Origin: Acidimicrobiia bacterium
GTDB lineage: Bacteria; Actinomycetota; Acidimicrobiia; Spongiisociales; ZC4RG35
DNA length: 64,000 nucleotides
Reading direction: 5' to 3'
Assembly (NCBI GenBank): GCA_048595045.1
Contig: JBMDXS010000075.1
Span: forward strand, 355 to 64,354
The notes beneath the pieces were generated by a model, which worked only from the letters and a program-made list of their open reading frames with translations, did no database searches and had not been told where the DNA came from. Both the position numbers and the translations under genes were made by a program. Positions 9,559 through 22,584 of this stretch are shown piece after piece; position 1 is the first letter of the stretch, and each line of letters begins with the position of its first letter.

Positions 9559-10516
9559 GACCTGGTCCGAGGTCGATCGACTCCAGGTACGAGGCGTGAT
9601 CTTCGGTGCCGAGTATGTGCTCCTCGACCCAGTCGCGGAACACATCGCGGTCCCTCGAGATCCGATCCCAGGCGGTGTAGAAAGCGTTGTCCCTTCTCGA
9701 ATAGCCCATCGCGTACGAAGGGTGGGCACCTCCGGGGACCGGAGCGATCGCGGCCAGGGTCCATGAAGGGAGGACGACGTGGTTCGGGCCCCGCGGTGAG
9801 AGCTCGTCCACGACCTCCTCGACGGTGACGATGGTCGTCGTGGCGGCCAGGGCTGCCTCCTTCTGCACCCCCGTTATCCCCCACATCCCCACATTGCCAG
9901 AACGGTCCGCCTGCTGAGCATGGATGATGGTGATGTCCGGGCTCAGCGCCGGCACCGCGGCCAGCTCCTCGCCGGTAAACGGGCACATGATGGTGGCCAT
10001 GTCGGCGTGCTTGGCCAGGTCGGTGCCGACGTAGCCACGGAGGATGGCGAAGGGCAGGCCCGAAGCACCGGCCGTGTACCTCGCTGCCATTCCTGCATGG
10101 CTGTGCTCTTCGAGCTGGAGAGGGTGGGGATGTCCGTGCTCCACGGCATCGCGGAATCGATGCAATGAGCCCACGCCGGGGTTCCCTCCCCAGGAAAAGA
10201 CCAGCTTGCGGGCCGAGCCGACCCCGATCATCTGGTCGTATATGACGTCGGGCGTCATCCGGATCAGGGTGAGATCTCTCTTCCCCTGTCTGATGATCTC
10301 GTGGCCCGCGGCGAACGGGATCAAGTGCGTGAACCCCTCCATCGCCACCGTGGCGCCGTCGGGGACCAGGGTGGCGATGGCATCCCGAAGCGTGGTCAGT
10401 TTCGCCTGCTTCGAGCTCTCCAATGCGTGCTGACCTCCAGTTCGCCACAGAGCGCCATCTGTCTCCGGGCGCCGCTCCTTGTTCAGTGAGCGCACAAACG
10501 TGCGGTATCCGAACAT
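9551..10516 (-). CDS. pcaI: CoA-transferase subunit A, likely 3-oxoadipate:succinyl-CoA transferase
   Basis: 321-aa ORF of glutaconate/3-oxoadipate CoA-transferase alpha type. The true start may be TTG 10423, which follows a GGAGG. Confidence 0.8.
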   Translation of the reverse strand: MFGYRTFVRSLNKERRPETDGALWRTGGQHALESSKQAKLTTLRDAIATLVPDGATVAMEGFTHLIPFAAGHEIIRQGKRDLTLIRMTPDVIYDQMIGVGSARKLVFSWGGNPGVGSLHRFRDAVEHGHPHPLQLEEHSHAGMAARYTAGASGLPFAILRGYVGTDLAKHADMATIMCPFTGEELAAVPALSPDITIIHAQQADRSGNVGMWGITGVQKEAALAATTTIVTVEEVVDELSPRGPNHVVLPSWTLAAIAPVPGGAHPSYAMGYSRRDNAFYTAWDRISRDRDVFRDWVEEHILGTEDHASYLESIDLGPGHV

Positions 10517-10601
10517 AGCAGCCGTGCCGCCTGCGCCTACAAACCCAGTGGAGGCGAACGTGCCATCTCTGGCTGAGGTCGGCAGTGGCTAGGTTTGCCG
10601 G

Positions 10602-11033
10602 ATGCCCGGGCAGACCTTCGCTCACAGCGCCAGCACCAGCAAAGACGTCGGCTCGGTGTGGGCCGAGCTCGACAAGCCGGCCACCTGGGAGGGCATCCCC
10701 GGGGTGGACCGGGTGATCGAGGCCACGGTCGACGAGCGAGGTCGGTTGCAGGGTTTCGCGTTCTCGAGCAAGGTCGGCGGGACCGCCTATCGGGCCACTG
10801 CCTCCCCCGCTGGCCGCGAGGAGGGACGCATGATGGCGTGGGCCATCGACTCATCCGAGCTCGAAGGGAAGATCACGGTCCGGCTCGAGCCCAACGGTGA
10901 CGGGACCAAGGTCGATGTGAACCTGGAGGCGGATGGCGCCGGCATCCTCGGGTCCCTGATGTTCCCGCTGATCGCGGCGGCCATCGGCAGCGGATTCCCC
11001 TCCACCGTCGACAGGTTCGTAGCCGACCTCTGA
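10602..11033 (+). CDS. SRPBCC-superfamily protein (CoxG/polyketide-cyclase-like)
   Basis: 143 aa with SVWAELDKPATWEGIPGV. Length and pattern are typical of START/Bet v1-like ligand-binding folds. Confidence 0.6.
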   Translation: MPGQTFAHSASTSKDVGSVWAELDKPATWEGIPGVDRVIEATVDERGRLQGFAFSSKVGGTAYRATASPAGREEGRMMAWAIDSSELEGKITVRLEPNGDGTKVDVNLEADGAGILGSLMFPLIAAAIGSGFPSTVDRFVADL

Positions 11034-11034
11034 C

Positions 11035-11399
11035 TCAGGAGAGCGGCGTCTCCTCGGGCACCTCGATTGGCTCTTCATCTGGCGGTGCCTCGGCCGCCAG
11101 TTGCTCGGCGACCTGTCGACCTTCCTCACGGCCACCGCTGGCGACCTGAGCCCGGTCGGTGATCAAGGTGACCTGGTTTTCGAGCACTTGAAGGAAGCCG
11201 CCATGGACCCCGATGGTGGTCCTCGTGCCATCCTCGGCCTCGACTATGACCGCCCCGGTAACCAGCGAGCCCATGAGCGGCTCGTGGTTGGCCATGATCC
11301 CCAGCTCTCCGTCGGGGGTCTTGGCGAGGACGAAAGTGGCCCTTCCGCTCCACACCGTGGCCTCCGGCGAGACCACATCGACCTGAAACGTATTAGCCA

Positions 11400-11400
<1 letters not shown>
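11035..11400 (-). CDS. atpC: F1 ATP synthase epsilon subunit
   Basis: 121 aa, typical epsilon N-terminus (VDVVSPE...VWSG), last gene of the atp operon. Confidence 0.9.
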
Positions 11401-13779
<2,379 letters not shown>

Positions 13780-13789
13780 GCCCGGTCTC

Positions 13790-15331
13790 CTACTCCTCGG
13801 CCCCGGAGCCCTCGAAGGCCGCCACGAAGTCGGTGATGGCGTCCTCCACCTCGTTCCCTTCAGGCATCTTGCCCGTGTCCTTGATCTGGGTGAGGATCCC
13901 GGGATGCCGGCTGCGGAAGAACTCACGGAGCTCGTCCTCGAAGCGGCGGACGTCGCCAACAGCCACATCGTCCATGTGGCCCTCGGTGACGGCGTAGATC
14001 GAGATGACCTGCTCCTCGACCGGGATCGGGGCGAACTGCGGCTGCTTGAGGACCTCGACCACCCGCCGACCACGCTCCAGCTGGGCTAATGAGGTGGCGT
14101 CCAGCTCGGACCCGAACTCGGCGAAGGCGGCCAGCTCACGGAACTGGGCCAGGTTCAGTCGCAGGGGACCGGCGATCTTCCTCATCGCCGCCACCTGGGC
14201 GGCGCCACCGACCCGAGACACCGAGGTGCCGGCGTTGAGGGCGGGGCGGATGCCCTGATAGAACAGGTCCGTCTCCAGGAAGCACTGGCCGTCGGTGATC
14301 GAGATCACATTGGTCGGGATGTAGGCCGAGATGTCGTTGGCCTTGGTCTCGATCACGGGGAGCCCGGTCAGGGACCCGGCGCCCAGCTCGTCGGACAGCT
14401 TGGCGCACCGCTCCAGGAGCCGGCTGTGGAGATAGAACACGTCACCCGGGTATGCCTCGCGACCAGGTGGCCGACGGAGAAGCAGCGAGATCTCCCGGTA
14501 GGCCACGGCCTGCTTGGAGAGGTCGTCGAACATGACCAGGGCGTGCTGGCCCTCGTACATCCAGTGCTGGCCGATGGCCGAGCCTGCGTAGGGGGCGTAC
14601 ATCTGCAGCGCGGGAGCGGCAGAGGCCGGAGCGTTGACCACGACGGTGTACTCCATGGCTCCGTGCTCCTCGAGGGTGGAGACCACCTCGGCGACTGTCG
14701 AGGCCTTCTGGCCGATGGCGACGTAGATGCATTTGATCTCGTCCTTGGTCCCCTGATTCACCTTTTGGTTGATGATCGTGTCGACCAGGATGGCGGTCTT
14801 GCCGGTCTGACGGTCACCGATGATGAGCTGGCGCTGACCTCGGCCGATGGGAGTCATCGAGTCGATGGCCTTGATGCCGGTCTGGAGCGGCTGGTTCACC
14901 GGCTGACGCTCGACCACCGACGGGGCCTGGGTCTCGAGCAGACGGCGCTCGGTGGCGTCGATCGGCCCTTTGCCATCGACGGGGTTGCCCAGCGGGTCGA
15001 TGACCCGACCGAGCAGGGCGTCGCCGACCGGCACCGAGAGCACGTTCCCGGTCTGCTTCACCGGGTCACCCTCCTGGATGTGACTGGCCTCACCGAGGAG
15101 GACCACCCCGAGGTCTTCCTCGTCGATGTTGAGGGCCACACCTATGAGGCCGCCCGGGAACTCGAGCAGCTCGGAGGCCATGACGCTGGGCAGGCCCTCG
15201 ACCCGAGCCACGCCATCGGCGACAGCGGTTACGTATCCGACGGTCTCCTTGTCCACCTCCGGTGCCCAGCCGGCAAGCTGGTCTCTCAGCGACTTGGTGA
15301 TCTGGTCGGCGGTGATGGTCAGGTCTGACAT
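13790..15331 (-). CDS. atpA: F1 ATP synthase alpha subunit
   Basis: 513 aa with Walker A GDRQTGKT. Confidence 0.97.
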   Translation of the reverse strand: MSDLTITADQITKSLRDQLAGWAPEVDKETVGYVTAVADGVARVEGLPSVMASELLEFPGGLIGVALNIDEEDLGVVLLGEASHIQEGDPVKQTGNVLSVPVGDALLGRVIDPLGNPVDGKGPIDATERRLLETQAPSVVERQPVNQPLQTGIKAIDSMTPIGRGQRQLIIGDRQTGKTAILVDTIINQKVNQGTKDEIKCIYVAIGQKASTVAEVVSTLEEHGAMEYTVVVNAPASAAPALQMYAPYAGSAIGQHWMYEGQHALVMFDDLSKQAVAYREISLLLRRPPGREAYPGDVFYLHSRLLERCAKLSDELGAGSLTGLPVIETKANDISAYIPTNVISITDGQCFLETDLFYQGIRPALNAGTSVSRVGGAAQVAAMRKIAGPLRLNLAQFRELAAFAEFGSELDATSLAQLERGRRVVEVLKQPQFAPIPVEEQVISIYAVTEGHMDDVAVGDVRRFEDELREFFRSRHPGILTQIKDTGKMPEGNEVEDAITDFVAAFEGSGAEE

Positions 15332-15338
15332 GTGACTC

Positions 15339-15872
15339 CTAGCGGCTCAGCACGGCCTGGCGAAGCTCTCCGATGGCGTTGGCGACGGTCCCGTCGATGA
15401 CGAGGTCTCCGACCCGGGCGACTATGCCGCCCATGACCAAATCGTCGACGATCACCTTTACCTCGACCTGCTTCCCGGTGGCCCTGCCGAGAGCGGTGGC
15501 AAGACGATCGATGGTCGCCTGATCGAGAGGTATCGCCGAGCGGACCTCGGCCACTGCGCGGTCCCGTGACTCGACCGCCTTCTCGACGAAGCTCTTGGCG
15601 ATGGAAGACAGCTCGGAGGAACGGCCCTGGCCCACGATGAACTGGACCAGCCCAACGGTGAGGGCGGAGGCGCGGCCACCGATCAGGTCGTCGATGATCG
15701 ATCGCTTCTTCTCCACCGGGAGCTGGGGGTCGGTGAGCGTGGACCTGAGATCGGCGGACGTCTCGACTGCCTGGCCGATGGCGAGGAACTCGCTCTCCAC
15801 GCGCTCCAGCTCGCCCTCGGCACGGGCGAGGTCGAGGATGGCGCTGGCGTAGCCGCTGATCCGGTCGTCCAC
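15339..15872 (-). CDS. atpH: F1 ATP synthase delta (OSCP) subunit
   Basis: 177 aa, positioned between atpF and atpA, OSCP-like helical pattern. Confidence 0.85.
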   Translation of the reverse strand: MDDRISGYASAILDLARAEGELERVESEFLAIGQAVETSADLRSTLTDPQLPVEKKRSIIDDLIGGRASALTVGLVQFIVGQGRSSELSSIAKSFVEKAVESRDRAVAEVRSAIPLDQATIDRLATALGRATGKQVEVKVIVDDLVMGGIVARVGDLVIDGTVANAIGELRQAVLSR

Positions 15873-15887
15873 TTAGGTCCGCTCCAT

Positions 15888-16442
15888 CTACAGCTTCTCC
15901 AGGTCCGCCAGATAGCGATCGATCAGGTCCTGTTGCATCTTCCCGTCGAGTGACCCGCCCACGATCTTCTCAGCCAGGCCCACGGAGATCTCCCCTACCT
16001 CCCGTCGGGCCTCGGCCAGGGCACGTCCCTTCTCGGACTGGGCCTCTTCGCGTGCCTTGGCCAGGGTCTGGGAGGCTTCCTCCTCGGCACGGGCCACGAT
16101 GTCGGCCTTGAGCTGCTCCCCGGCGGCACGGGCCTCCTCGATGATCCGGTTGCCCTCGGCCTTGGCATCGGCCAGCTGTGCCTTGTAGTCGGCGAGGAGG
16201 CTTTCCGCCTCCCGCTTGGCCTCCTCGGCCTCGGAGAGCTGACCGGTGATGGCCTGCTGGCGGGCCTCCAGTGTCTTGTTGATGCTGGGCAATGCCTTGC
16301 GCCACACGAAGAAGAAGACGATGAGGAAGGCGAGGATGCCGGCGATCAACTCGTCGGGATGAGGAAGGACCAGGCCGAGCCCGCCCCCCGACTCTGCTCC
16401 CTCCTCGGTGGCCAGTACCACCAGGGCGTTCAAGAACTGCAT
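15888..16442 (-). CDS. atpF: Fo ATP synthase b subunit
   Basis: 184 aa with one N-terminal TM helix followed by a long A/E/K-rich coiled coil. Confidence 0.88.
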   Translation of the reverse strand: MQFLNALVVLATEEGAESGGGLGLVLPHPDELIAGILAFLIVFFFVWRKALPSINKTLEARQQAITGQLSEAEEAKREAESLLADYKAQLADAKAEGNRIIEEARAAGEQLKADIVARAEEEASQTLAKAREEAQSEKGRALAEARREVGEISVGLAEKIVGGSLDGKMQQDLIDRYLADLEKL

Positions 16443-16453
16443 CCTGGTTCCCC

Positions 16454-17503
<1,050 letters not shown>

Positions 17504-17516
<13 letters not shown>

Positions 17517-17917
17517 CTGGGCTCCCTTTCTCTGTCCCTGGTGATCGACACGGCCTCCCAGGTCAGCAGGGCGATGTACGAGACGACCGCCGAGATCCCG
17601 AAGGCGATCCGGTCCACCTCGACCAGGGTGGCGATCAGATAGACCGCGCCGACGAACAGGCCGAGACGGAGGAGAAAGCCGATCAGAGCGGCGGCATGAT
17701 AAGCCTGGAGGCTGATCCTCAGTGAAATCGACAAGATCGCACCGGCGAGGAGGAAATTGGCCACAACCACCACGACACCGAGGGCCGCGCTCCACGCCCC
17801 GTCCCACCCGTTGAGAAGGGCGAACAAGAGGACGAGGACGGGCCCGATGTAGACGGCGCGGGCCACGGTCTCCCGGGCCAGATCGGCCTCGATGGGCGGG
17901 CCGTGCTCAATGGTCAA
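17504..17917 (-). CDS. atpI: ATP synthase protein I-like small membrane protein
   Basis: 137 aa with 4 hydrophobic segments, immediately upstream of atpB and overlapping it. Confidence 0.6.
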
Positions 17918-18143
17918 GATCGGCCTCCTCCATCTCCTTGGACCAGCGCCACATGTTCACGAAGCCGGAGTAGATGCCGAGAAGCGCCCCCACAACCACC
18001 AGCCAGGGCTCGGTGCCCAACCAGCGGTCGGCGAATAGGCCGAGAAGTGTTCCGGAGATGATCGACCCGGCGAATGCTCCCGAGCGACCCCACCCTTCAC
18101 TGACGGCGCGTGCGACGCTGTGGTTGATGGTCTCGTCTCTCAT
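17907..18143 (-). CDS. AtpZ/ATPase_gene1-family small membrane protein
   Basis: 78 aa with two TM helices (GSIISGTLLGLFADRWLG, WLVVVGALLGIYSGF). First ORF of the atp operon. Confidence 0.6.
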   Translation of the reverse strand: MRDETINHSVARAVSEGWGRSGAFAGSIISGTLLGLFADRWLGTEPWLVVVGALLGIYSGFVNMWRWSKEMEEADLDH

Positions 18144-18157
18144 TGCCGGCGGTGGCT

Positions 18158-18173
18158 TGTGAATCTATTCACA
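18158..18173. promoter_or_regulatory. perfect CRP/GlxR-type palindrome TGTGA-N6-TCACA upstream of the atp operon
   Basis: TGTGAATCTATTCACA read directly. The extended palindrome is CTTGTGA..TCACAAG. It ends exactly 14 nt before the atpZ-like start codon at 18143. Confidence 0.55.
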
Positions 18174-18299
18174 AAGTCTAGGGGAATGGCCCGGGCAGGC
18201 GAAATCGGGAACCTAGCGGTTCGCACCCCGTAGGGAGACAACCAACCGAGCCGGGAGGGGAAATGAGCGAGGTGGTCCACAGGGCCGGGGGGCACCCGG

Positions 18300-19571
18300 C
18301 TACGCATGGCCCGAGAACTCGGACGGGTACGGGGGGAACGCTGCGGCGAGCTCGCCCACCCGGGCCGCCACACCCGACAGCTCTCCGTCGTCGTCCCGCT
18401 TGTGCAGGGCCCGGGCGATCAGAGACGCCACCTCGGCCGCCTCCTCCTCCTTCATCCCTTGAGTGGTCATGGCCGGGGTCCCGACCCTCAGACCCGACGC
18501 CCGGTATGGGGGTCGGGGGTCGAATGGGATGGTGTTGAAATTGAGGGTTATCCCAACACCGTCGAGCAGGCGGGCGGCGGCCTTCCCGTCTAGATCATCC
18601 GAGACCGACCTCAGATCGATCAGGAACAGATGGTTGTCGGTGCCACCGGAGACCACACGCACCCCGTCCTCCTGGATGGCAGTCGACATCGCCCTGGCGT
18701 TGGCCACGATCTGATCGGTGTAGGCCCTGTAGCCAGGCTGCATCGCCTCCTGGAAGCAGACCGCCTTGGCCGCGATCTGCGACTCGATCGGCCCTCCCTG
18801 CGCATTCGGGAAAACGGCCCGATCGATCGCTTTGGCGAATCCCTCGGTGCTCAGGATGAGACCGCCCCGCGGCCCCCGCAATGCCTTGTGGGTGGTGGCG
18901 GTGACCACGTCGGCGAAGGGCACGGGCGAGGGATGGGAACCACCGGCCACCAATCCGATGAAATGGGCGGCGTCGACCATGAAGATGGCCCCGATCTCGT
19001 CCGCGACGGCGCGGAAGCCCTCGTAGTCGAGGGTCCGTGAGTACGCCGAGAAGCCGGCGAGGACGATCTTGGGCTTGTGCTCGATAGCCAGGGCCCGCAC
19101 CTGGTCCATGTCGATCAACTCGGTCTCCGGATCCACCCCGTAGGCGACGAAGTCGTAATAGAGGCCGGAGAAGTTGACCGGAGAGCCATGGGTGAGGTGC
19201 CCACCTTGATCGAGACGCATCCCGAGCACCCGGTCTCCGGGCGTGAGCAGGGAGAAGTAGACACCCATGTTGGCCTGGGCCCCGGAGTGGGCCTGCACGT
19301 TGGCGTGCTCGGCCCCGAAGAGCTCCTTGGCTCGATCGATGGCGAGTTGCTCCATCTGGTCGACGACCTGGCAGCCCTCGTAGTAGCGGCGTCCCGGGTA
19401 CCCCTCGGCGTACTTGTTGGTGAAGACCGAGCCCGATGCAGCCATCACCGCAGGAGAGGCGAAGTTCTCCGAGGCGATCAGGTGGATGTGGGTGTTCTGC
19501 CGCTCGAGGTCCTTGCGAATGAGGTCGGCAATGGCGGGATCGACCCGCTCCAGTGGGTCCATCGAGATCAT
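18300..19571 (-). CDS. glyA: serine hydroxymethyltransferase
   Basis: Start at ATG 19571 (MISMDPLERVDP...). PLP site TTHKALRGPRGG. Confidence 0.95.
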   Translation of the reverse strand: MISMDPLERVDPAIADLIRKDLERQNTHIHLIASENFASPAVMAASGSVFTNKYAEGYPGRRYYEGCQVVDQMEQLAIDRAKELFGAEHANVQAHSGAQANMGVYFSLLTPGDRVLGMRLDQGGHLTHGSPVNFSGLYYDFVAYGVDPETELIDMDQVRALAIEHKPKIVLAGFSAYSRTLDYEGFRAVADEIGAIFMVDAAHFIGLVAGGSHPSPVPFADVVTATTHKALRGPRGGLILSTEGFAKAIDRAVFPNAQGGPIESQIAAKAVCFQEAMQPGYRAYTDQIVANARAMSTAIQEDGVRVVSGGTDNHLFLIDLRSVSDDLDGKAAARLLDGVGITLNFNTIPFDPRPPYRASGLRVGTPAMTTQGMKEEEAAEVASLIARALHKRDDDGELSGVAARVGELAAAFPPYPSEFSGHA

Positions 19572-19584
19572 GCTGCGAGGGTAA

Positions 19585-20145
19585 CTAGATGGAGACCGGG
19601 CCTCGACGCAACACGACCGGCTCCGATCCGGTGACGTCCACCACCGTCGAGGCCTGTCCCCCTGGCGAGCGGCCTCCGACGTAGACCTGCACCCGGTCGC
19701 CGAAGATGGCGTGTGCCTCGGCATCGGTCATCGACTCCGGCATCCCGGACAGATTGGCCGAGGTGACCGCCAGGGGGCCGACTAGCTCGAGCAGGTGGAG
19801 GGTCACCGGGTGATCGGGCACCCGGAGGCCTACGGTCCGACGCTGGCCGTCGCCCACCCAGTCAGCGAGGATCACCTTGGGGGTGACCACCAGGGTCAGC
19901 GCCCCTGGCCAGTGAGCGGCAGCGAGCCGGGCGGCCACACCCTCGATCCTCCCGATCGATACCGCCTGTTCGACCGAGGCGACCAACAGGCCGACCGGCT
20001 TGTTCTCCGGCCGGCCTTTCAATTCGTACAGGCGGCCGATGGCTTCCTCGCTCACCGGGTCGGCACCGATTCCGTAGACCGTGTCGGTGGGGAGGCCGAT
20101 CACCTGACGGGCGTGGATCGCCGCGACCGCATCGGCGAGGCTCAA
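19585..20145 (-). CDS. tsaC: L-threonylcarbamoyladenylate synthase (YrdC/YwlC/TsaC family)
   Basis: 186-aa YrdC-domain ORF (IGLPTDTVYGIGADP, SANLSG). Confidence 0.85.
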   Translation of the reverse strand: MSLADAVAAIHARQVIGLPTDTVYGIGADPVSEEAIGRLYELKGRPENKPVGLLVASVEQAVSIGRIEGVAARLAAAHWPGALTLVVTPKVILADWVGDGQRRTVGLRVPDHPVTLHLLELVGPLAVTSANLSGMPESMTDAEAHAIFGDRVQVYVGGRSPGGQASTVVDVTGSEPVVLRRGPVSI

Positions 20146-20879
20146 GGCTTGACGGCGACGATGTAACGGTCGCGCCCGGTCAGGTCCTGACGGACGACGG
20201 CCGGGAGGTCGATGAACGAGCTCACGGCGGACACACCCTGTCTCTCGCCGATCTCACACACGATCACCCCACCAGGACGGAGCCACGATGCCGCCGAGGC
20301 GCCGATCCGCTCGATCACCTCGAGCCCGGTCGGCCCGGCCACCAGGGCCACCCTCGGCTCGCGTTGGACATCGACGGGAAGGGCGGCGAAATCGACCTCT
20401 GCGACATACGGTGGGTTGGCCACGATCAGGTCGACCATCCCCAGGATGGCGGTCGGAAGGGGATCGAACAGGTCGCCTTGGGCGAGATACACCTGCAGAC
20501 TGGTCAGACGGCGATTGTTGGCCGCCACATCGATGGCGTCGGACGAGATGTCGGTGGCGAATACGGCAGCAGTCGGGAACCTGCTCTTCAATGCCAGCGC
20601 CAGCGCCCCGGACCCGGTGCAGAGGTCGACGATGATTTCGGGGCTCCGCACCATCTTCGTGGCCAGCTCGAACATCCCCTCGGTCTCGGGCCGTGGTATC
20701 AGGACCCTTTCGTCGACCATGAGGTCGAGGGGGCCGAAGGCTGCGCTCCCCTCGATGTACTGCAACGGCTCGCCGCCGAGCCTCCGGGCGATGAGCGTCT
20801 CGAGGGGCGCGTCCGGGCCCGCAACGGCCTCGAGCCTCACCCTCTCGTGTTCGGGAATGGTCGCCATGGTGCCCCACAT
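20142..20879 (-). CDS. prmC: peptide chain release factor N5-glutamine methyltransferase
   Basis: 245 aa with SAM motif VDLCTGSGALAL and catalytic NPPY at residues 155-158. Short N-terminal domain. Confidence 0.88.
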   Translation of the reverse strand: MWGTMATIPEHERVRLEAVAGPDAPLETLIARRLGGEPLQYIEGSAAFGPLDLMVDERVLIPRPETEGMFELATKMVRSPEIIVDLCTGSGALALALKSRFPTAAVFATDISSDAIDVAANNRRLTSLQVYLAQGDLFDPLPTAILGMVDLIVANPPYVAEVDFAALPVDVQREPRVALVAGPTGLEVIERIGASAASWLRPGGVIVCEIGERQGVSAVSSFIDLPAVVRQDLTGRDRYIVAVKP

Positions 20880-21021
20880 CTCATGCCACGCCAGACGTCG
20901 AAAGATAGTTCACATAGGTGACCATCTCCCGCCTCTCCTCCCGCCCGTGACCAGGGAATCGGTGTCTGCCCTGCAATCATCGACCAGATGGATTCGTCGC
21001 CCTGGGACACCCGAGGCGGAC

Positions 21022-21390
21022 ATGGGTGATAACAAACGCGTCCTCGTGGCGGATGACTCGGAGACGGTGACCACGCTCCTGGTCACTGCACTCGAGCTCG
21101 AGGGGTACGTGGTGGAGACTGCCGTGAACGGGTTGGAGGCCTATGAGAAGGGCCTCACCGGCGACTACGATCTGGTCATCCTGGATCAGCTCATGCCCGG
21201 CCTGCTCGGGTTGGAAGTCATCGACCGCTGGAGACACGAGGGCCGGCAGATCAGCACGATCATGCTGTCCGGGGTCGACGACGATCGCACCGTGGTCGGG
21301 AGCTTCGAGTCCGGGGCGGTCGACTTCATTCAGAAGCCCTTTCGCCTCCCTGAGCTGTTGGCCAGGGTGCGACAGCATCTGCAGGGCTGA
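21022..21390 (+). CDS. stand-alone CheY-like response-regulator receiver
   Basis: 122 aa with D11/D12, phospho-acceptor D55 (VILDQLMPG), S83 and K105 (QKPF). No output domain. Confidence 0.88.
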   Translation: MGDNKRVLVADDSETVTTLLVTALELEGYVVETAVNGLEAYEKGLTGDYDLVILDQLMPGLLGLEVIDRWRHEGRQISTIMLSGVDDDRTVVGSFESGAVDFIQKPFRLPELLARVRQHLQG

Positions 21391-21444
21391 AGCCTCACCT
21401 GCCTCAATAGGCACTCGCCGGCGCCGATATAAGACCCAGATCTC

Positions 21445-22584
21445 ATGAACGGAACGACCATCGGCCTGATCGCGGTCGCGGTGGTCCTCATTTGCGACGT
21501 CATCCTCCTGCTCGGTCTGGTCGTGATGAAGACACTTCACCGCAAGCGTGCCGCGCTGCACAAGCTGAGGCGCGCCGGTTATGTCGCGACGCTCAGTCGT
21601 CGCCTGGCCTCTCCGGAGGCGACCGACCCCATCGATGCGGGAGCCGTCGACGACGACGCCTTCATCGATGCCGTGATCGACGTTCGGAACGTGGTCACCG
21701 GAGAGAAGGTCGAGACGCTGGCCGGGATCATCGACGGCCTCGGGCTCGCCCGCAGGCAGGAGGCGCGGCTGCGCAGCTCGTTTCCTCTCGGTCGTCGTCT
21801 GCGCGCCGCCGTGTCCCTGGCCGAGATCGGTGACGAGTCCACGGCCCCGGTTCTCGTCGAGCATCTCTCCGACCGTGAGCCTGAGATCAGGATCCAATGC
21901 GCCCGAGGGTTGGGTCGGATCAGGCACACCGCCGCGATCGACGCCATCCTGGAGCGATTCGACCTCGAGGAGCCCTGGGTCAGGGCACGCTTCGCCGACA
22001 CCCTGGTCGGTTTCGGAAGCAAAGCGACCTGGCCCCTTGTCGCGTACATCAGGGTGAACCTTCGGCACCACGACAACGACGGAGTAGTCGAGGCCATCCG
22101 GGTGCTTGGCGTGATCGGCGATCGCGACGTTGGCCCGACCCTGGCCGGGGTGTTGAGAGTGTCGAGCGATCCCGAGGTCCTGATAGCAACCATCGAGGCC
22201 CTTGGCGTCGTCGGAGGGCCGCTCGCCATCAGGCCGCTCAGGGCCGCCTTCCAATCCACCGACTGGCGCCTTCGGGCAAAGGCCGCAACCTCACTTGCCC
22301 AGATCGGAGACCCATCGGTCAACCCGGCGCTCGCCAGGGGATTGACCGACGCCAACTGGTGGGTCCGTCGCAACAGCGCGGCGGGGCTCGCCTCCCTCCA
22401 CGGGGGCACCGATGTGCTCCTGAATGCACTCGGCTCCGATGACGAGTTCGCCCGGGATGCAGCCGCTGAGGCATTGGCCGATTGCGGCGTCCTGGCCGGA
22501 GCCCGGGAACGAGAAGAGTCGGGCAAGGCCACTGCGGAGGACAATCTGCTCCTGAGTCACATGTCAGGGCAGGTGCTGGCTTGA
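21445..22584 (+). CDS. membrane-anchored HEAT-repeat (PBS-lyase HEAT-like) protein
   Basis: 379 aa. One N-terminal TM helix (IGLIAVAVVLICDVILLLGLVVM), then about 8 repeats of about 31 aa of the type xxxVRxxAAxALGxIGDxxAxxxL. Confidence 0.8.
   Translation: MNGTTIGLIAVAVVLICDVILLLGLVVMKTLHRKRAALHKLRRAGYVATLSRRLASPEATDPIDAGAVDDDAFIDAVIDVRNVVTGEKVETLAGIIDGLGLARRQEARLRSSFPLGRRLRAAVSLAEIGDESTAPVLVEHLSDREPEIRIQCARGLGRIRHTAAIDAILERFDLEEPWVRARFADTLVGFGSKATWPLVAYIRVNLRHHDNDGVVEAIRVLGVIGDRDVGPTLAGVLRVSSDPEVLIATIEALGVVGGPLAIRPLRAAFQSTDWRLRAKAATSLAQIGDPSVNPALARGLTDANWWVRRNSAAGLASLHGGTDVLLNALGSDDEFARDAAAEALADCGVLAGAREREESGKATAEDNLLLSHMSGQVLA

Noticed and set aside
13780-14073. A Ser/Arg-rich N-terminal extension of the atpG ORF. 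Similar long extensions occur for glyA (to 19724), atpB (to 17807), DUF1385 (to 26311), pcaH, pcaD and others.
   Set aside because: The extensions overlap the preceding gene out of frame and are low-complexity. Internal starts with conserved N-termini, often overlapping the upstream stop codon, fit far better.
15079-15094. TGTGACTGGCCTCACC, a 9/10 match to the CRP box.
   Set aside because: It is imperfect, lies inside the atpA coding sequence, and lacks the extended flanks shared by the two intergenic boxes.
20977-22254. A 425-aa minus-strand ORF under the receiver and HEAT-repeat genes.
   Set aside because: The plus-strand reading gives a textbook receiver domain and regular HEAT repeats. 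The minus-strand product is featureless.
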